A DNA stretch of 64,000 nt from an uncultured Spirochaetota bacterium (GTDB lineage Bacteria; Spirochaetota; Spirochaetia; SZUA-6; Fen-1364): assembly GCA_963734545.1 (NCBI GenBank), contig CAVTHO010000003.1, positions 256,001 through 320,000 of the forward strand, in the 5' to 3' direction. The notes beneath the pieces were generated by a model that saw nothing but the letters and a program-made list of their open reading frames with translations, had not been told where the DNA came from and ran no database searches. Numbering within the stretch: position 1 is the stretch's first letter; the number at the start of each line of letters is the position of its first letter. Shown here in pieces: positions 1 through 10,014 of this stretch. The position numbers and the translations under genes are program-made.

Positions 1-1
1 G

Positions 2-904
2 GGGCTCGCCTCGGGCTACAGCCGGTTCGTGCCCCGCGAGTTCCTGAGCCTCCTGGGAAAGGAGTCGATCATGAACGTGGAGCTCGGCGATCAGATCGAG
101 ATGAATCTCACGGTCCTGTTCGCCGACATCCGCGCGTTCACCGCCCTCTCCGAGAAGATGACCCCGAGGGAGAATTTCAACTTCCTCAACTCCTTTCTCA
201 GCAGGATCTCTCCCGTCATCCGGCGCAACAATGGCTTCATCGACAAGTACATGGGAGACGGCATCATGGCGCTGTTCCCGCGCGCGCCTGACGACGCGCT
301 CCACGCCGGGGTGGAGCTGCTGGAGACGGTGCGGCTGTTCAACCGGCATCGGGCCAACTCGGGCTACCAGCCCATCTTCATCGGGGTCGGGATCAATTGC
401 GGCAGGCTCATGCTCGGCACGGTGGGCGAGGCGTCCCGAATGGAAGGCACCGTCATCTCCGACGTGGTGAACCTCACCTCGCGCCTGCAGGGCCTCACGA
501 GATTGTACGGCCCCAACATCATCGTGAGCAATCATCTGATTGAATCCTGCCCGGAAACCGCCGGCTATCCGCGGCGCTATCTCGGCAGCGCTCCCGTCAG
601 GGGGAAATCCGAGGTCGTGGCATTGTACGAGATCATCGACGTGGTGGACGAAAGCCGCGTCCGCACGAGCCGGCGCTTCGAGACGGCCGTCCTGAGCTTC
701 GAGCAGGAGCGGTACCCCGAGGCAGCGGCGGGATTCCGGGCGGTCCTCGCGGAAGATCCCGCCGACGTGGCGGCCCGTCACTATATCGATCGCCTGCTGG
801 ACATCGCCCGCGCAAGAAGCGGGCGCCCCCGGCGCGTGGGAGTTCAGGGCGGCCGGCTGATCCACCCTGTGCGGCCGCGCGGCCGGTCTCGATTGTCGGA
901 TTGA
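2..904 (+). CDS. Class III adenylate/guanylate cyclase, C-terminal part (5' truncated by window edge)
   Basis: Motifs TVLFADIRAFT, FIDKYMGDGIMALF, IGVGINCG, GTVISDVVNLTSRLQ and VRGK. The frame is open back to the window start. Confidence 0.9.
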   Translation, partial: GLASGYSRFVPREFLSLLGKESIMNVELGDQIEMNLTVLFADIRAFTALSEKMTPRENFNFLNSFLSRISPVIRRNNGFIDKYMGDGIMALFPRAPDDALHAGVELLETVRLFNRHRANSGYQPIFIGVGINCGRLMLGTVGEASRMEGTVISDVVNLTSRLQGLTRLYGPNIIVSNHLIESCPETAGYPRRYLGSAPVRGKSEVVALYEIIDVVDESRVRTSRRFETAVLSFEQERYPEAAAGFRAVLAEDPADVAARHYIDRLLDIARARSGRPRRVGVQGGRLIHPVRPRGRSRLSD

Positions 905-929
905 TCCCCGGATGGCCTGCGCGGCGCGG

Positions 930-2429
930 CTATCTCCGATTTGCCCTGAAAAGGTCCGCGTACAACTGCTCATATGTGCCGAGGAGATCCCGGTAGAGCG
1001 CACTGCGCGCCTGGTCGGGTTCCTGCTTCCCTGCAAGATCGACAAGAGCGGTGGACTCTTCGAGGCTCCTGATGGCGCCGAGCGCGCGCAGGCCGAGGAG
1101 CACGCCGCCCCACGCGGCGGCTTCAGGCACGCGCGGCAGCCAGAGGGTTCTTCCGAAGAAGTCGGCCACGATCTGCAGCCAGGCAGGCGACTTCAGAATT
1201 CCACCGGTGACGACGAGATCGAGCTCCGAGTCCGGCACCAGCATTCGATAGACGGAGTAGAGATTATACGCGAGCCCTTCCATGAGAGCACGCACAAGGT
1301 GCGCGCGGGTGTGGCTGAAGGTGAGTCCGTACAGGGCGCCCCGGGCCTGCGGTCGATAGTGGGGGCACCTTTCGCCGCCCAAGAGGGGAATGAAACAGAG
1401 ACCCTCGGCTCCGACCGGGATCTCCGCGGAAAGGCTGTTCATCAGGCTGAAGACATCCTCGCCTTCTCCTGCCGGCGGCATCAGGGTGTCTGCGAACCAG
1501 CGAAGGGCGTTTCCCGCATCGTGGAGGACGCCGCCGAGAAGCCAGTTGCCCTCCGCGAGGTAGTAGCACCACGCCTCGGTCCCCGGCAGGATTCCGGGGG
1601 AGGGGAGACGCCTGCGCAGCGCGGCCCCGGTGCCGACTGTGAGGCTCATCCTTGTCTCTGCCAACCCGGCGCTTCCGAGGTGCGAGTGGGCCCCATCAGC
1701 GGCGCCAATGACGCACGGGGTGCCTTCGCGCAGCCCGAGCCGGGAAGCAGGCTCCCGCCTCAGCCCCGGGAGAACGAGGGTCGGCTCAACGCATTCGGAA
1801 AAACGGTCCGGCCCAAGGCCGACTTCGGAGAGCAGGCCGGCATCCCAATCCAGGGTGCTCATGTTCAACAGCCCGGTGCCTGACGCAATGGAAAGGTCCA
1901 CCTTGCGCGCGCCGAACAGGCGCTGAATGACATACTCCTTGATCGAGACAAACCTGTCGGCGCGCTTGAACACCTCGGGCGCTTCCTCGCGCATCCACGC
2001 AAGGCGGGAAGGGAAATACATCGGGTGCAGAGAGCAGCCTGTCCGCCGCTTGACGTCCTCCGTGTCGAGGCGCTCCCTGAGCCGCTCGTTCTGCGGGAGG
2101 GACCGGGTATCCGCCCAGATCGAGGCGCGCGAAAGAGCCACTCCGTCACGGTCAACCGGCACCATGCTCTGCCACACCCCGTCGAATACGATTGCATCGA
2201 TCTCACCCGGTGATATGCGGGAGCTCTCCACGAGGCGGCGGATTGCGCGCCCCACTGCCGCCAGGACCTCTTCCGGGTCCTGCTCGACGCAGCCGGGTCC
2301 GGGGTACACCGTGTCGTAGGGCTCGGTTTCCAGCCCGTCGACACCTGATTCCTGCCGATACAGGACTGCTTTCGTGCTCGTTGTACCGATGTCAACGGAA
2401 ATGAGCCGGATGCCTTTCTTGCTGCGCAT
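930..2429 (-). CDS. gntK: FGGY-family carbohydrate kinase, gluconokinase-like
   Basis: SVDIGTTSTKA, YPGPGCVEQDPEE, RRTGCSLHPM, GERCPHY and VTGG motifs. True start is the ATG at 2429, inside the longer 930..3212 ORF. Confidence 0.8.
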   Translation of the reverse strand: MRSKKGIRLISVDIGTTSTKAVLYRQESGVDGLETEPYDTVYPGPGCVEQDPEEVLAAVGRAIRRLVESSRISPGEIDAIVFDGVWQSMVPVDRDGVALSRASIWADTRSLPQNERLRERLDTEDVKRRTGCSLHPMYFPSRLAWMREEAPEVFKRADRFVSIKEYVIQRLFGARKVDLSIASGTGLLNMSTLDWDAGLLSEVGLGPDRFSECVEPTLVLPGLRREPASRLGLREGTPCVIGAADGAHSHLGSAGLAETRMSLTVGTGAALRRRLPSPGILPGTEAWCYYLAEGNWLLGGVLHDAGNALRWFADTLMPPAGEGEDVFSLMNSLSAEIPVGAEGLCFIPLLGGERCPHYRPQARGALYGLTFSHTRAHLVRALMEGLAYNLYSVYRMLVPDSELDLVVTGGILKSPAWLQIVADFFGRTLWLPRVPEAAAWGGVLLGLRALGAIRSLEESTALVDLAGKQEPDQARSALYRDLLGTYEQLYADLFRANRR

Positions 2430-2452
2430 AAGGTGGTTCCCGGGCTTCTCGC

Positions 2453-3484
2453 CTACGGCTCCAGGATGACCTTCATGAGACCGGGCTCCTCCCGGTAGAG
2501 CCTGTCGAACCAGGCTGCGCCCTCGGAGAGTGGGGCGCGGGCGCTGATGAATGACTCCACGTTCACGCGCCCGCGCGCGATCAGGTCGAGGCTGGCCGGG
2601 TATTCCCCCTGGGAGGCGCAGGAACCGAGAAGAGAGAGCTGGCGGGTAACGACCGTCTGGAGACCGAGCTCGATCCGGGGCGAGAGGTTGCCCACCAGGA
2701 CCACCCTTCCCCCCATGCGTACCGCGCTCAGGGCGCTGCCCACCGCCGCGCTGATCCCGACTGCTTCCAGGGCAAAGTCCGCGCCCCGGCCTTCCGTCCT
2801 CTGGAGCACCTGCTGCACCGATTCCGGTGAACGGGAGTCGAGACCCACATCCGCTCCGAGCTCGCGGGCCCGGCGCAGCTTGTCCGGGTCGATGTCGAAT
2901 GCCGCGATCGTGCCGCATCCCGATGCCCGCAGGACCTGGATGATGAGGAGACCGATCATCCCGGCCCCGACGACGACCGCGCACTCGCCCACCTCGGGAC
3001 GGGCCAGGCGCACCGCGTGGAAGGCGACGGCCAGCGGCTCGGTCATCGCCGCGTGAGCGAACGAGACTTCGGCCGGGATCCGGCAGAGGATGTGCGCGGG
3101 CACGGCAACGTACTGGGCAAAGGCCCCATTGCGCCGATAGTCTGCGCATGATACGCCGAGCACCCTGCGGCGCTCGCAGAGGTTGATCTCTCCCCTGCGG
3201 CAGCGCCAGCACTCACCGCACCAGATGGTGGAATCGAAGGTGACCCGGTCTCCGACGCTCCACCCCTTCACGCGCGCGCCGGTCTCTGCGATTGTCCCGG
3301 ACGCTTCGTGGCCCATGATGACAGGTGGGAGCCGGCGGCCTGTCGAGCCGTCCATTCCATGTACGTCGCTGCCGCAGATTCCGCACGCCTTGACCGCGAC
3401 CCGCACCTCGTTCTCCTCGATCTGCGGGTCAGGCACGTCACCATACACGAGCTTGCCGTACTCCTGCAGTGTCAACGCCTTCAT
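2453..3484 (-). CDS. Zn-dependent MDR polyol/sugar-acid dehydrogenase (galactitol-1-P / L-idonate / sorbitol DH-like)
   Basis: GICGSD, GHE, CGECWRCRRGEINLC and GAGMIG motifs. ATG at 3484 overlaps the stop of the upstream gene. Confidence 0.88.
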   Translation of the reverse strand: MKALTLQEYGKLVYGDVPDPQIEENEVRVAVKACGICGSDVHGMDGSTGRRLPPVIMGHEASGTIAETGARVKGWSVGDRVTFDSTIWCGECWRCRRGEINLCERRRVLGVSCADYRRNGAFAQYVAVPAHILCRIPAEVSFAHAAMTEPLAVAFHAVRLARPEVGECAVVVGAGMIGLLIIQVLRASGCGTIAAFDIDPDKLRRARELGADVGLDSRSPESVQQVLQRTEGRGADFALEAVGISAAVGSALSAVRMGGRVVLVGNLSPRIELGLQTVVTRQLSLLGSCASQGEYPASLDLIARGRVNVESFISARAPLSEGAAWFDRLYREEPGLMKVILEP

Positions 3485-4275
3485 GTCGTTCCTTTTCGAG
3501 GGAGTGCCCTGATGGCGCCCACGGACAGCCCGCCGTCCACGAGGATGGTCTGTCCCGTCAGGTAGCGGCTTTCCTCCGAGGCAAGGAAGAGCGCCGCGCC
3601 GTCCAGGTCGTTCGGGGCGCCCGGCCGTCCGAGCGGGATCCTCTCGGAGAGGTACTCCACCCAGCCCGGATCCTCGTACAGGGCCGCGTTCTGCGCCGTC
3701 TTGAACCACCCGGGGGCGAGGCAGTTCACCGTGATTCCGTACTCGCCCCAGTCGTGCGCAAGGCTCATCGTGAGCTGTCGGATGCCCCCGCGGCTGGCCC
3801 CGTACGGGCCCAGACCCGCGTAGCCGGCCACGGATGTCTCGGAGCCGATGTTGATGATGCGGCCGTAGCGCGCTTCGATCATGAACCGGGCGATGGCCTG
3901 GGCCACGAAAAACGTCCCTCTCAGGTTCGTGTCCAGGATCAGGTTCCAGTCCTCCCACGTGACATCGACCGCCCGCTTTCGCACGTTGCACCCCGCGTTG
4001 TTGATCAGGATATCGATCTTTCCGAACGCCTTCTTCGCGGCAGCGGCCATGCGCTGAATGCTCTCGTAGTCACGCACGTCGAGCTCGACGGGAACTGCCC
4101 TGCGGCCGATCTCCTCGATCTCCCGGGCAAAGGCCGCCAGAGTGTCGATGTGCCGGCTCGTGATGATCAGGTCCGCACCGGCCCGGGCCAGCGCCCGGCC
4201 GAAGTACTGACCGAGCCCGCGGCTCGTCCCTGTCACCAGTGCAACTTTTCCTGAAAGATCGAACGGCCGGGCCAT
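3481..4275 (-). CDS. SDR oxidoreductase, gluconate 5-dehydrogenase / KduD-like
   Basis: FDLSGKVALVTGTSRGLG, NNAG, YGASR and NCLAPGWFKT motifs. Confidence 0.85.
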   Translation of the reverse strand: MARPFDLSGKVALVTGTSRGLGQYFGRALARAGADLIITSRHIDTLAAFAREIEEIGRRAVPVELDVRDYESIQRMAAAAKKAFGKIDILINNAGCNVRKRAVDVTWEDWNLILDTNLRGTFFVAQAIARFMIEARYGRIINIGSETSVAGYAGLGPYGASRGGIRQLTMSLAHDWGEYGITVNCLAPGWFKTAQNAALYEDPGWVEYLSERIPLGRPGAPNDLDGAALFLASEESRYLTGQTILVDGGLSVGAIRALPRKGTT

Positions 4276-4376
4276 TTCGCGTGCCTCCCTCATGGTGCCG
4301 GGCATGATATGCCCAGTCAGGATATATCGCAAGACGACGGGCTGCCGAATGCCGGGCGGCGAGGCCGGGGCGGTCG

Positions 4377-5795
4377 TCAGACCACAAGGACAATCTGGAT
4401 GTCGCAGACGTTGGTCCCTGTCGGCCCCGTGATGAACAGGCCGTCAAGCCGTTTCAGAAGGGTATGGGAATCGTTTTGTCGGAGGGAGTCCTGGACGCTC
4501 AGACCCGCTGCCCGCGCAGCCTCGACAAACGACGCACGGGCAAACCCGCCCGCCGCATTTGTGGGCCCATCCTCGCCGTCCGTGGAGAAGGAGAGGACGT
4601 ACGTCCCGGAAAGCAGGGCGGGCTCCTTTTCCATCTCCTGGAGGAATGCGACGGCCAGCTCCTGGTTTCTTCCCCCCTTTCCATGGCCTCTCAGCGTGAC
4701 GGTCGTCTCTCCGCCGGCGAGTATGCAGGCCGGCCGCGCGCGGGGCAGGCCCGAGGCTGCCACGTCCGCCGCCACCGCGGCAAGCAGCCGGGCGGCTTCG
4801 CGCGCCTCGCCTGTCATGCGGGAGGTGAGGATGAGGGTGTTGTAGCCGAGCCGCCTGGCCTCGTCGTCGGCGCTTTTCAGCGCGAGGAGGTTCGTGCCGA
4901 CCAGGACGTGGGATGCCGTGGAGAGCTCCGGCGTCCCGGGCTTTGGCGTCTCCGGGATCCTTCCCGCGGCGCCGTCCCTGAGCACCTTCAGGACCGGCGT
5001 CGGGAGCGTGGAGTCGATCCCGTAGCGGGTGATGATCGACAGGGCGCGCTCGTAGGTGGTCGAGTCGGGAAAGGTCGGCCCCGAAGCGATTGTCTGCAGG
5101 TCATCGCCCACGACGTCGGACAGCACGAGGCTGACAGATGTGGCAGGAGCAATACGCCGCGCGAGCCTGCCCCCGGCAAGGAGAAGGAGATGCTTGCGGA
5201 TGCAGTTCATCTCGTCGATGGCCGCGCCGCAGGCCAGAAGCTGTCGGGTGGTCTCCTGGATGTCCGCCAGAGTGATGCCCGCGTTCCCCTGGCCCAGGGG
5301 CGCGGCAAGGAGGGAGGAGCCGCCGCCTGAGATGAGAACTATCACGAGGGTGGATTCGTCTGCCTCATCCGCAAGGGCGGCGATCTCGGCTGCCGCCCGC
5401 ACGCTGTTCTCATCCGGAACAGGATGCCCTCCCGGAACCGTGCGGATCCGCCGCAGCCCGCCGACGTACCCGACGGACGGGGTACTCCCCGAACGGGTAC
5501 TCCCGTACCCGGCGGATTGGCGCTGCTCATGTCCCGGTTTCACGACGATCAGGCCCCTGTCGATCCGTGTTCCGAGCGTCTCCTCGACGGCCCGGGCCAT
5601 GGGTCCGGCCGCCTTGCCGAAACCCATCACGAAGATCTTCCGGAACCGGGCAAGATCGAAATCCTGCCGCGCGTTTCCCGCCTGCACGCGCAGCGCCCCG
5701 TCGTCGATGCGGACGCTCCTGGCGACGATTGCGTACGGATCCGCCGCCTCCAGGGACGCCTGGGCGATCCGCCGCAGGTCTTTCACCGGATCCAT
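4377..5795 (-). CDS. Glycerate 2-kinase (MOFRL/DUF4147 type)
   Basis: GFGKAA, HPVPDENS, LISGGGSSL, SDVVGDD-IASGP, GGETTV, GGRNQE, TDGEDG and GPTGTNVCD motifs. Confidence 0.92.
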   Translation of the reverse strand: MDPVKDLRRIAQASLEAADPYAIVARSVRIDDGALRVQAGNARQDFDLARFRKIFVMGFGKAAGPMARAVEETLGTRIDRGLIVVKPGHEQRQSAGYGSTRSGSTPSVGYVGGLRRIRTVPGGHPVPDENSVRAAAEIAALADEADESTLVIVLISGGGSSLLAAPLGQGNAGITLADIQETTRQLLACGAAIDEMNCIRKHLLLLAGGRLARRIAPATSVSLVLSDVVGDDLQTIASGPTFPDSTTYERALSIITRYGIDSTLPTPVLKVLRDGAAGRIPETPKPGTPELSTASHVLVGTNLLALKSADDEARRLGYNTLILTSRMTGEAREAARLLAAVAADVAASGLPRARPACILAGGETTVTLRGHGKGGRNQELAVAFLQEMEKEPALLSGTYVLSFSTDGEDGPTNAAGGFARASFVEAARAAGLSVQDSLRQNDSHTLLKRLDGLFITGPTGTNVCDIQIVLVV

Positions 5796-5831
5796 GACGT
5801 CAGCCCGGATGCAGAGAAGGCGCGGAGGGAG

Positions 5832-6806
5832 TCATGGCTCTCTTCTCCGGTAGCGCTCGGGATGGGCCCGGCACTCTTCGGCAAAATCCGCGATCATGCG
5901 CGGCAGGGAGTACTCGGGCTCCCACCCGAGCTCTCGACGGGCGCTCCCCTCGTCGAATGACAGCCCTTGAAGCTTCTCGTGAAACTCCATGGGGAAGGCC
6001 TCCGGCTTGAAGCCGATGGCGGCCCCGGGGAACTGCTCGCGAATGGCGGCAGCCAGCTCTCCGGCGGAAGGCGCCGGCGCGACGCCCGCGAGAATGTAGC
6101 AGACTGCCTTCACCGCTTCCCGGGGAGCTGCATCGAGAACGAGGAGGGACCGGGCCGCATCCTTGAAGTAGAGAACCGGGCACCGGATGTGCGGCTCCAC
6201 GAAGATGTCATAGGGCTCTCCGCGGACCGCCTTCTCTATGGCCCAGGAATTATAGATCGAGACGTGCGGAACAGAGGCGCCGGGACCGACGACCGAGGGG
6301 AAGCGCACTGCCCTGAAGTCGAGGCCGAAACGAGTGCCATAGAACCTGCCCATCAGCTCGCCGAATACCTTTGTCGTGCCGTACAACGTGCCGGGGCGCT
6401 GCAGGGTCCGGTCACCGATGGACTGCCCCTCGATGTCGAGGCCGTACGTGGCGGTGGTGCTCGTGAACCGCACGTGCTCCACCTCGAGCAGCCGGGCGGC
6501 CTCGAGGACGTGGAATGTACCCTCGACGTTGGCCGCAAATGCGGCCGGCGGGTCGGCGTTGGCGGGGATCGACAGCATTGCCCCGAGGTGGTAGATGACG
6601 CCTGGCCTCGACTGCTTCACCGCGTCCAGTACGTGAGAGAAGCGCTCCAGCTCCCCTCGGATCGTCCTGACCCTGTCTTCGATCCCGGAAAAACGCTGCG
6701 GCACGATGGCCTGGTCGAAAACCCAGACGAGCTCGCCGCGCGCTGCCAGCATCCGCGCAAGCGTGGACCCGATGAGCCCGGATCCCCCTGTGATGAGCAC
6801 CGACAT
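5832..6806 (-). CDS. NAD-dependent epimerase/dehydratase (extended SDR, threonine dehydrogenase-like)
   Basis: ITGGSGLIG and YGTTK motifs. GGAGG RBS precedes the ATG at 6806. Confidence 0.85.
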   Translation of the reverse strand: MSVLITGGSGLIGSTLARMLAARGELVWVFDQAIVPQRFSGIEDRVRTIRGELERFSHVLDAVKQSRPGVIYHLGAMLSIPANADPPAAFAANVEGTFHVLEAARLLEVEHVRFTSTTATYGLDIEGQSIGDRTLQRPGTLYGTTKVFGELMGRFYGTRFGLDFRAVRFPSVVGPGASVPHVSIYNSWAIEKAVRGEPYDIFVEPHIRCPVLYFKDAARSLLVLDAAPREAVKAVCYILAGVAPAPSAGELAAAIREQFPGAAIGFKPEAFPMEFHEKLQGLSFDEGSARRELGWEPEYSLPRMIADFAEECRAHPERYRRREP

Positions 6807-6817
6807 GGCCACCTCCC

Positions 6818-7243
6818 CTAGGAAGGCTGTTTCACGTCCTCAGCCGGTGACCGCATCCGGCGGGCGGACTCCGCCTTCCGCGCGCGCTCGGCGAGGAGAC
6901 GGTAGGCTTCCTCGGGGTCAGTGACCTCGCGCAGCAGGTTCTCCGTGCCGCAGTCGATTTCTTCCACGAGCACGTCCCACGTGCAGGCCACTCCCGCGCG
7001 GTCGAGGACCTCCTTTCCCAGGCGGCTCAACATTCCCGCGTGCGTCCTGCGCGCACCCAGCCTTGCGATCAGAAAGGCCGAGCCCCGGCCGACCACCTTG
7101 TCGCGAATCTCGCCTTGGGAGGCGTTGATCCCGCGAATCTTCAGGAACTGCTCCAGCTCGAACAATGGATGAAGCCATTTACCGGCGCTGGCAAAGAGCA
7201 CCTGGCCGTCCATGAGAAACTCGAGCGATGCGTCCGATGCCAT
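6818..7243 (-). CDS. DUF1893-like protein
   Basis: GKWLHPLFEL and DKVVGRGSAFL patterns, plus a C-terminal CxTE motif. Confidence 0.65.
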   Translation of the reverse strand: MASDASLEFLMDGQVLFASAGKWLHPLFELEQFLKIRGINASQGEIRDKVVGRGSAFLIARLGARRTHAGMLSRLGKEVLDRAGVACTWDVLVEEIDCGTENLLREVTDPEEAYRLLAERARKAESARRMRSPAEDVKQPS

Positions 7244-7420
7244 AGTGTCCTTTCAGAGAGTGGACCGTGTGCTCCATCATACCCGACAGGGGGCTGTCCG
7301 TCACGGGCCTCGGGTCCTTTTCCTGTGATCATATTCCGGCATTACTATGGAGGATATCGATGCCGCCGCGGCGTGCCGTCCGGCCTTCCTTCGCGCGGCA
7401 GCTTCTGCTATCCTCTGCCC

Positions 7421-8434
7421 ATGAAAGCCCTCTTCATCGGCGGCACCGGCCTGATCAGCTCCGCAGTGTCCCGGCTCGTCGTCGAGCGGGGAATCGAGCT
7501 CACCCTGCTGAACCGCGGTCAGAAGGGGGAGTTTTTCCCCCGGGGCGCGCGGCAGATCATTGCAGACCACAGTGATCCGAACGCGGTGAAGGAGGCGCTT
7601 CGCGGACAATCCTTCGACGTCGTCGCGGACTGGATCGCCTTCACCCCCGCGCAGGCCGCCCGGGACATCGAGCTGTTCTCCGGGCGCGCGGGCCAGTTCT
7701 TCTTCATCAGCTCGGCCAGCGCCTACCAGAAGCCGGCGACCCACTACCTCATCACCGAGTCGACGCCCCTGGCAAACCCCTTCTGGCAGTACAGCCGGGA
7801 CAAGATCGCCTGCGAAGAGCTTTTCCTGCGCGAGTACCGGGAAAGGGCCTTTCCGGTGACGATTGTGCGGCCGAGCCTCACCTACGGCGTCACCCAGATC
7901 CCCGCCGCGTTCGGGAGCTGGAACCACCCGTGGACGCTCGTGGACCGCATGCGGAAGGGCCGCCCGATCGTCGTTCCCGGAGATGGTACCTCGCTGTGGA
8001 CAATGACGCACAACTCCGACCTCGCGAAGGGCTTTGTCGGGCTGATGGGAAACATCCGCGCCATCGGCCATGCCTTCCACATCACGTCCGACGAGGTGCT
8101 GACCTGGAACCAGATCTACGGGCTCATCGGGGCCGCGGCCGGCGCGCAGCCCGACATCGTGCACGTCACTTCGGATTTCATCGCGGCGTTCGACCCCGAG
8201 GAACGCGGCAACCTCACCGGCGACAAGGCGCAATGCGGCGTCTTCGACAACTCGAAAATCAGGGCCTTTGTGCCGGGCTACACGGCCACGGTGCCCTTTG
8301 CGCAGGGCGTGCGGGAGTCGGTCCAGTGGTTCGAGAGGCACCCCGAGCGCTGCACGATCGATGACAGGTTCAACGCCCTCTCGGACCGCATTCTCGGGGC
8401 GCATCAGGCCGCGCTCGCTTCGGCGCGATCCTGA
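7421..8434 (+). CDS. NAD-dependent epimerase/dehydratase family protein
   Basis: MKALFIGGTGLIS, ISSASAY, YSRDK and VRPSLTYG motifs. Confidence 0.88.
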   Translation: MKALFIGGTGLISSAVSRLVVERGIELTLLNRGQKGEFFPRGARQIIADHSDPNAVKEALRGQSFDVVADWIAFTPAQAARDIELFSGRAGQFFFISSASAYQKPATHYLITESTPLANPFWQYSRDKIACEELFLREYRERAFPVTIVRPSLTYGVTQIPAAFGSWNHPWTLVDRMRKGRPIVVPGDGTSLWTMTHNSDLAKGFVGLMGNIRAIGHAFHITSDEVLTWNQIYGLIGAAAGAQPDIVHVTSDFIAAFDPEERGNLTGDKAQCGVFDNSKIRAFVPGYTATVPFAQGVRESVQWFERHPERCTIDDRFNALSDRILGAHQAALASARS

Positions 8435-8453
8435 CAGGGCCGGGAGGCGGGCT

Positions 8454-9315
8454 TTGGCTCCTGAAACCAGGAGGAACGCGCTGGTATTCCTTCTCATTTC
8501 CCTGATCCTGACCGTGCTGATCGGGGCAGGGTTGCCGCACCTGAAGTTCAAGCCCGGCATGCCGCTTCCCTCTTTTGAGAACGGCCAGGTGGCCCTGCCT
8601 GCAGAGGATGCCGCTCCGGTGGGCCTGCCGATGACTGCCTTTGCGGGAATCTTCTCCTTGATCATCCTGGCTGTACTCCTGGTTTTCCTGATCATCCAGG
8701 CGGTCAGGGGCGTCCAGTGGAAGAAGCTTTTATCGAGACTGTGGTCTTTCTTCTGGAAGCTCCTGCTCGTCATCCCCTTCCTTGTTCTGGTCCTGGCACT
8801 GCTGCCGAAGCCAGTGGGCGTTGCCCCCGCGGAACCACTGCCTCCCCCAAAACCTCTGGTAACCGCGCCGCTGGGCCGGGTGCCGACAGCTCTCATCTGG
8901 CTCGCGGGGCTCGGTCTGCTCGCCGTGATTCTCTACCTCGGCGCGCGGATGATCGCTGCAAAGCGCCGTCCCGGTCCCCGCTCCTGGGAGTGGGAAGCAG
9001 AAAAAGCCCGGCAGGCCCTCCTGGATGGCCAGGACCTCCGGGAGGTGATCATCCAATGCTACCGGCGCATGGGCCAGGCGCTCCAGGAGGAAAAGCAGAT
9101 CGAGAGGGAATCGTTCATGACCACCGGGGAGTTCGAGGTGCTGCTGTCCGCCCGGGGAGTCCCCCGTGACCCGGTCCACCAGCTGACACGGCTCTTCGAC
9201 GCCGTGAGATACGGTCGCGGCCAGCCGGCCCCCGGGGAGGAGCAGAGAGCCCTGCACTGCCTGGATGCCATCCTTGCGTACAGCCGCCAGTCGGGGCAAT
9301 CGAGGTGCAGGATGA
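8454..9315 (+). CDS. DUF4129 domain membrane protein; appears fused to the next gene, probably by an indel
   Basis: Several TM segments, then IIQCYRRM...MTTGEF...LTRLFDAVRYG. An ATGA stop/start overlap at 9312-9315 suggests two separate genes. TTG start inferred. Confidence 0.65.
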
Positions 9316-10014
9316 AAAAGCGTCTGCGGTACCTGCTTCTCGCCTCCTTCATCGGTCTCCTGCTCGCGCTGACGCTCCTTTTCCCGCAATTCGTGCTGGA
9401 CGGCATTCTCCTGCCCGCCGCGACCGCCCTCTGGATTCTTCTGCGCATTTTCATCTTGAGCATTCACCAGCACGCTTTCTGGTGGGGCGTGATTTTCCTC
9501 CTGGTGATAGTGACATTCCGCGGCCTTTACCGGAGATCGGCGGTCGATTCCCGCGCTCCAGACCTGGATCACGGTCCCGGCGCGGGACCGTGTCACCGCC
9601 TGGCGGGATTCTCTCCTGCTCAACCTGCGCGCCGCCGTCGACGAGGATTCGTTCCGGCGTGATCTGATGTGGTTGTTTACATTGCTGTATTTTTCTCCTC
9701 ACCAGGGGAAAGCGAAGTACCAGATTCGGGAGGAGATCCTGGAACACCGAATCCCTGTTCCCCAATCCATCTACAGGTATCTGTTCTATTCTCCGCGGCC
9801 GGCCCTGAAGCGCTCCTTTGTGAGGCACCCTGTTGAACGATTGGAGCTGATGAGCGAATCTTTCGCGAGGGCTGTTCGAAAATGGGTCCGCAGACGGACG
9901 GGCCGCGAGATCGCGGAATGCATGCGTGCGATCGACGACGTACTGACGTTCATGGAAAACTCTCTCGAGATGAGGCAGGAACATGATGCAACCCAAGACC
10001 ATCGCGTGTCGTGA
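9312..10014 (+). CDS. Membrane protein of the MoxR operon (frameshift near 9570)
   Basis: MKKRLRYLLL plus TM helices. Continues in the frame of the 9667..10014 ORF (RDRVTAWRDSLLLNL...RRDLMWLF). Confidence 0.5.

Noticed and set aside
8268-9662. 464-aa DUF4129 fusion protein
   Set aside because: An ATGA overlap at 9312-9315 and a second break near 9570 point to two genes joined by indels.
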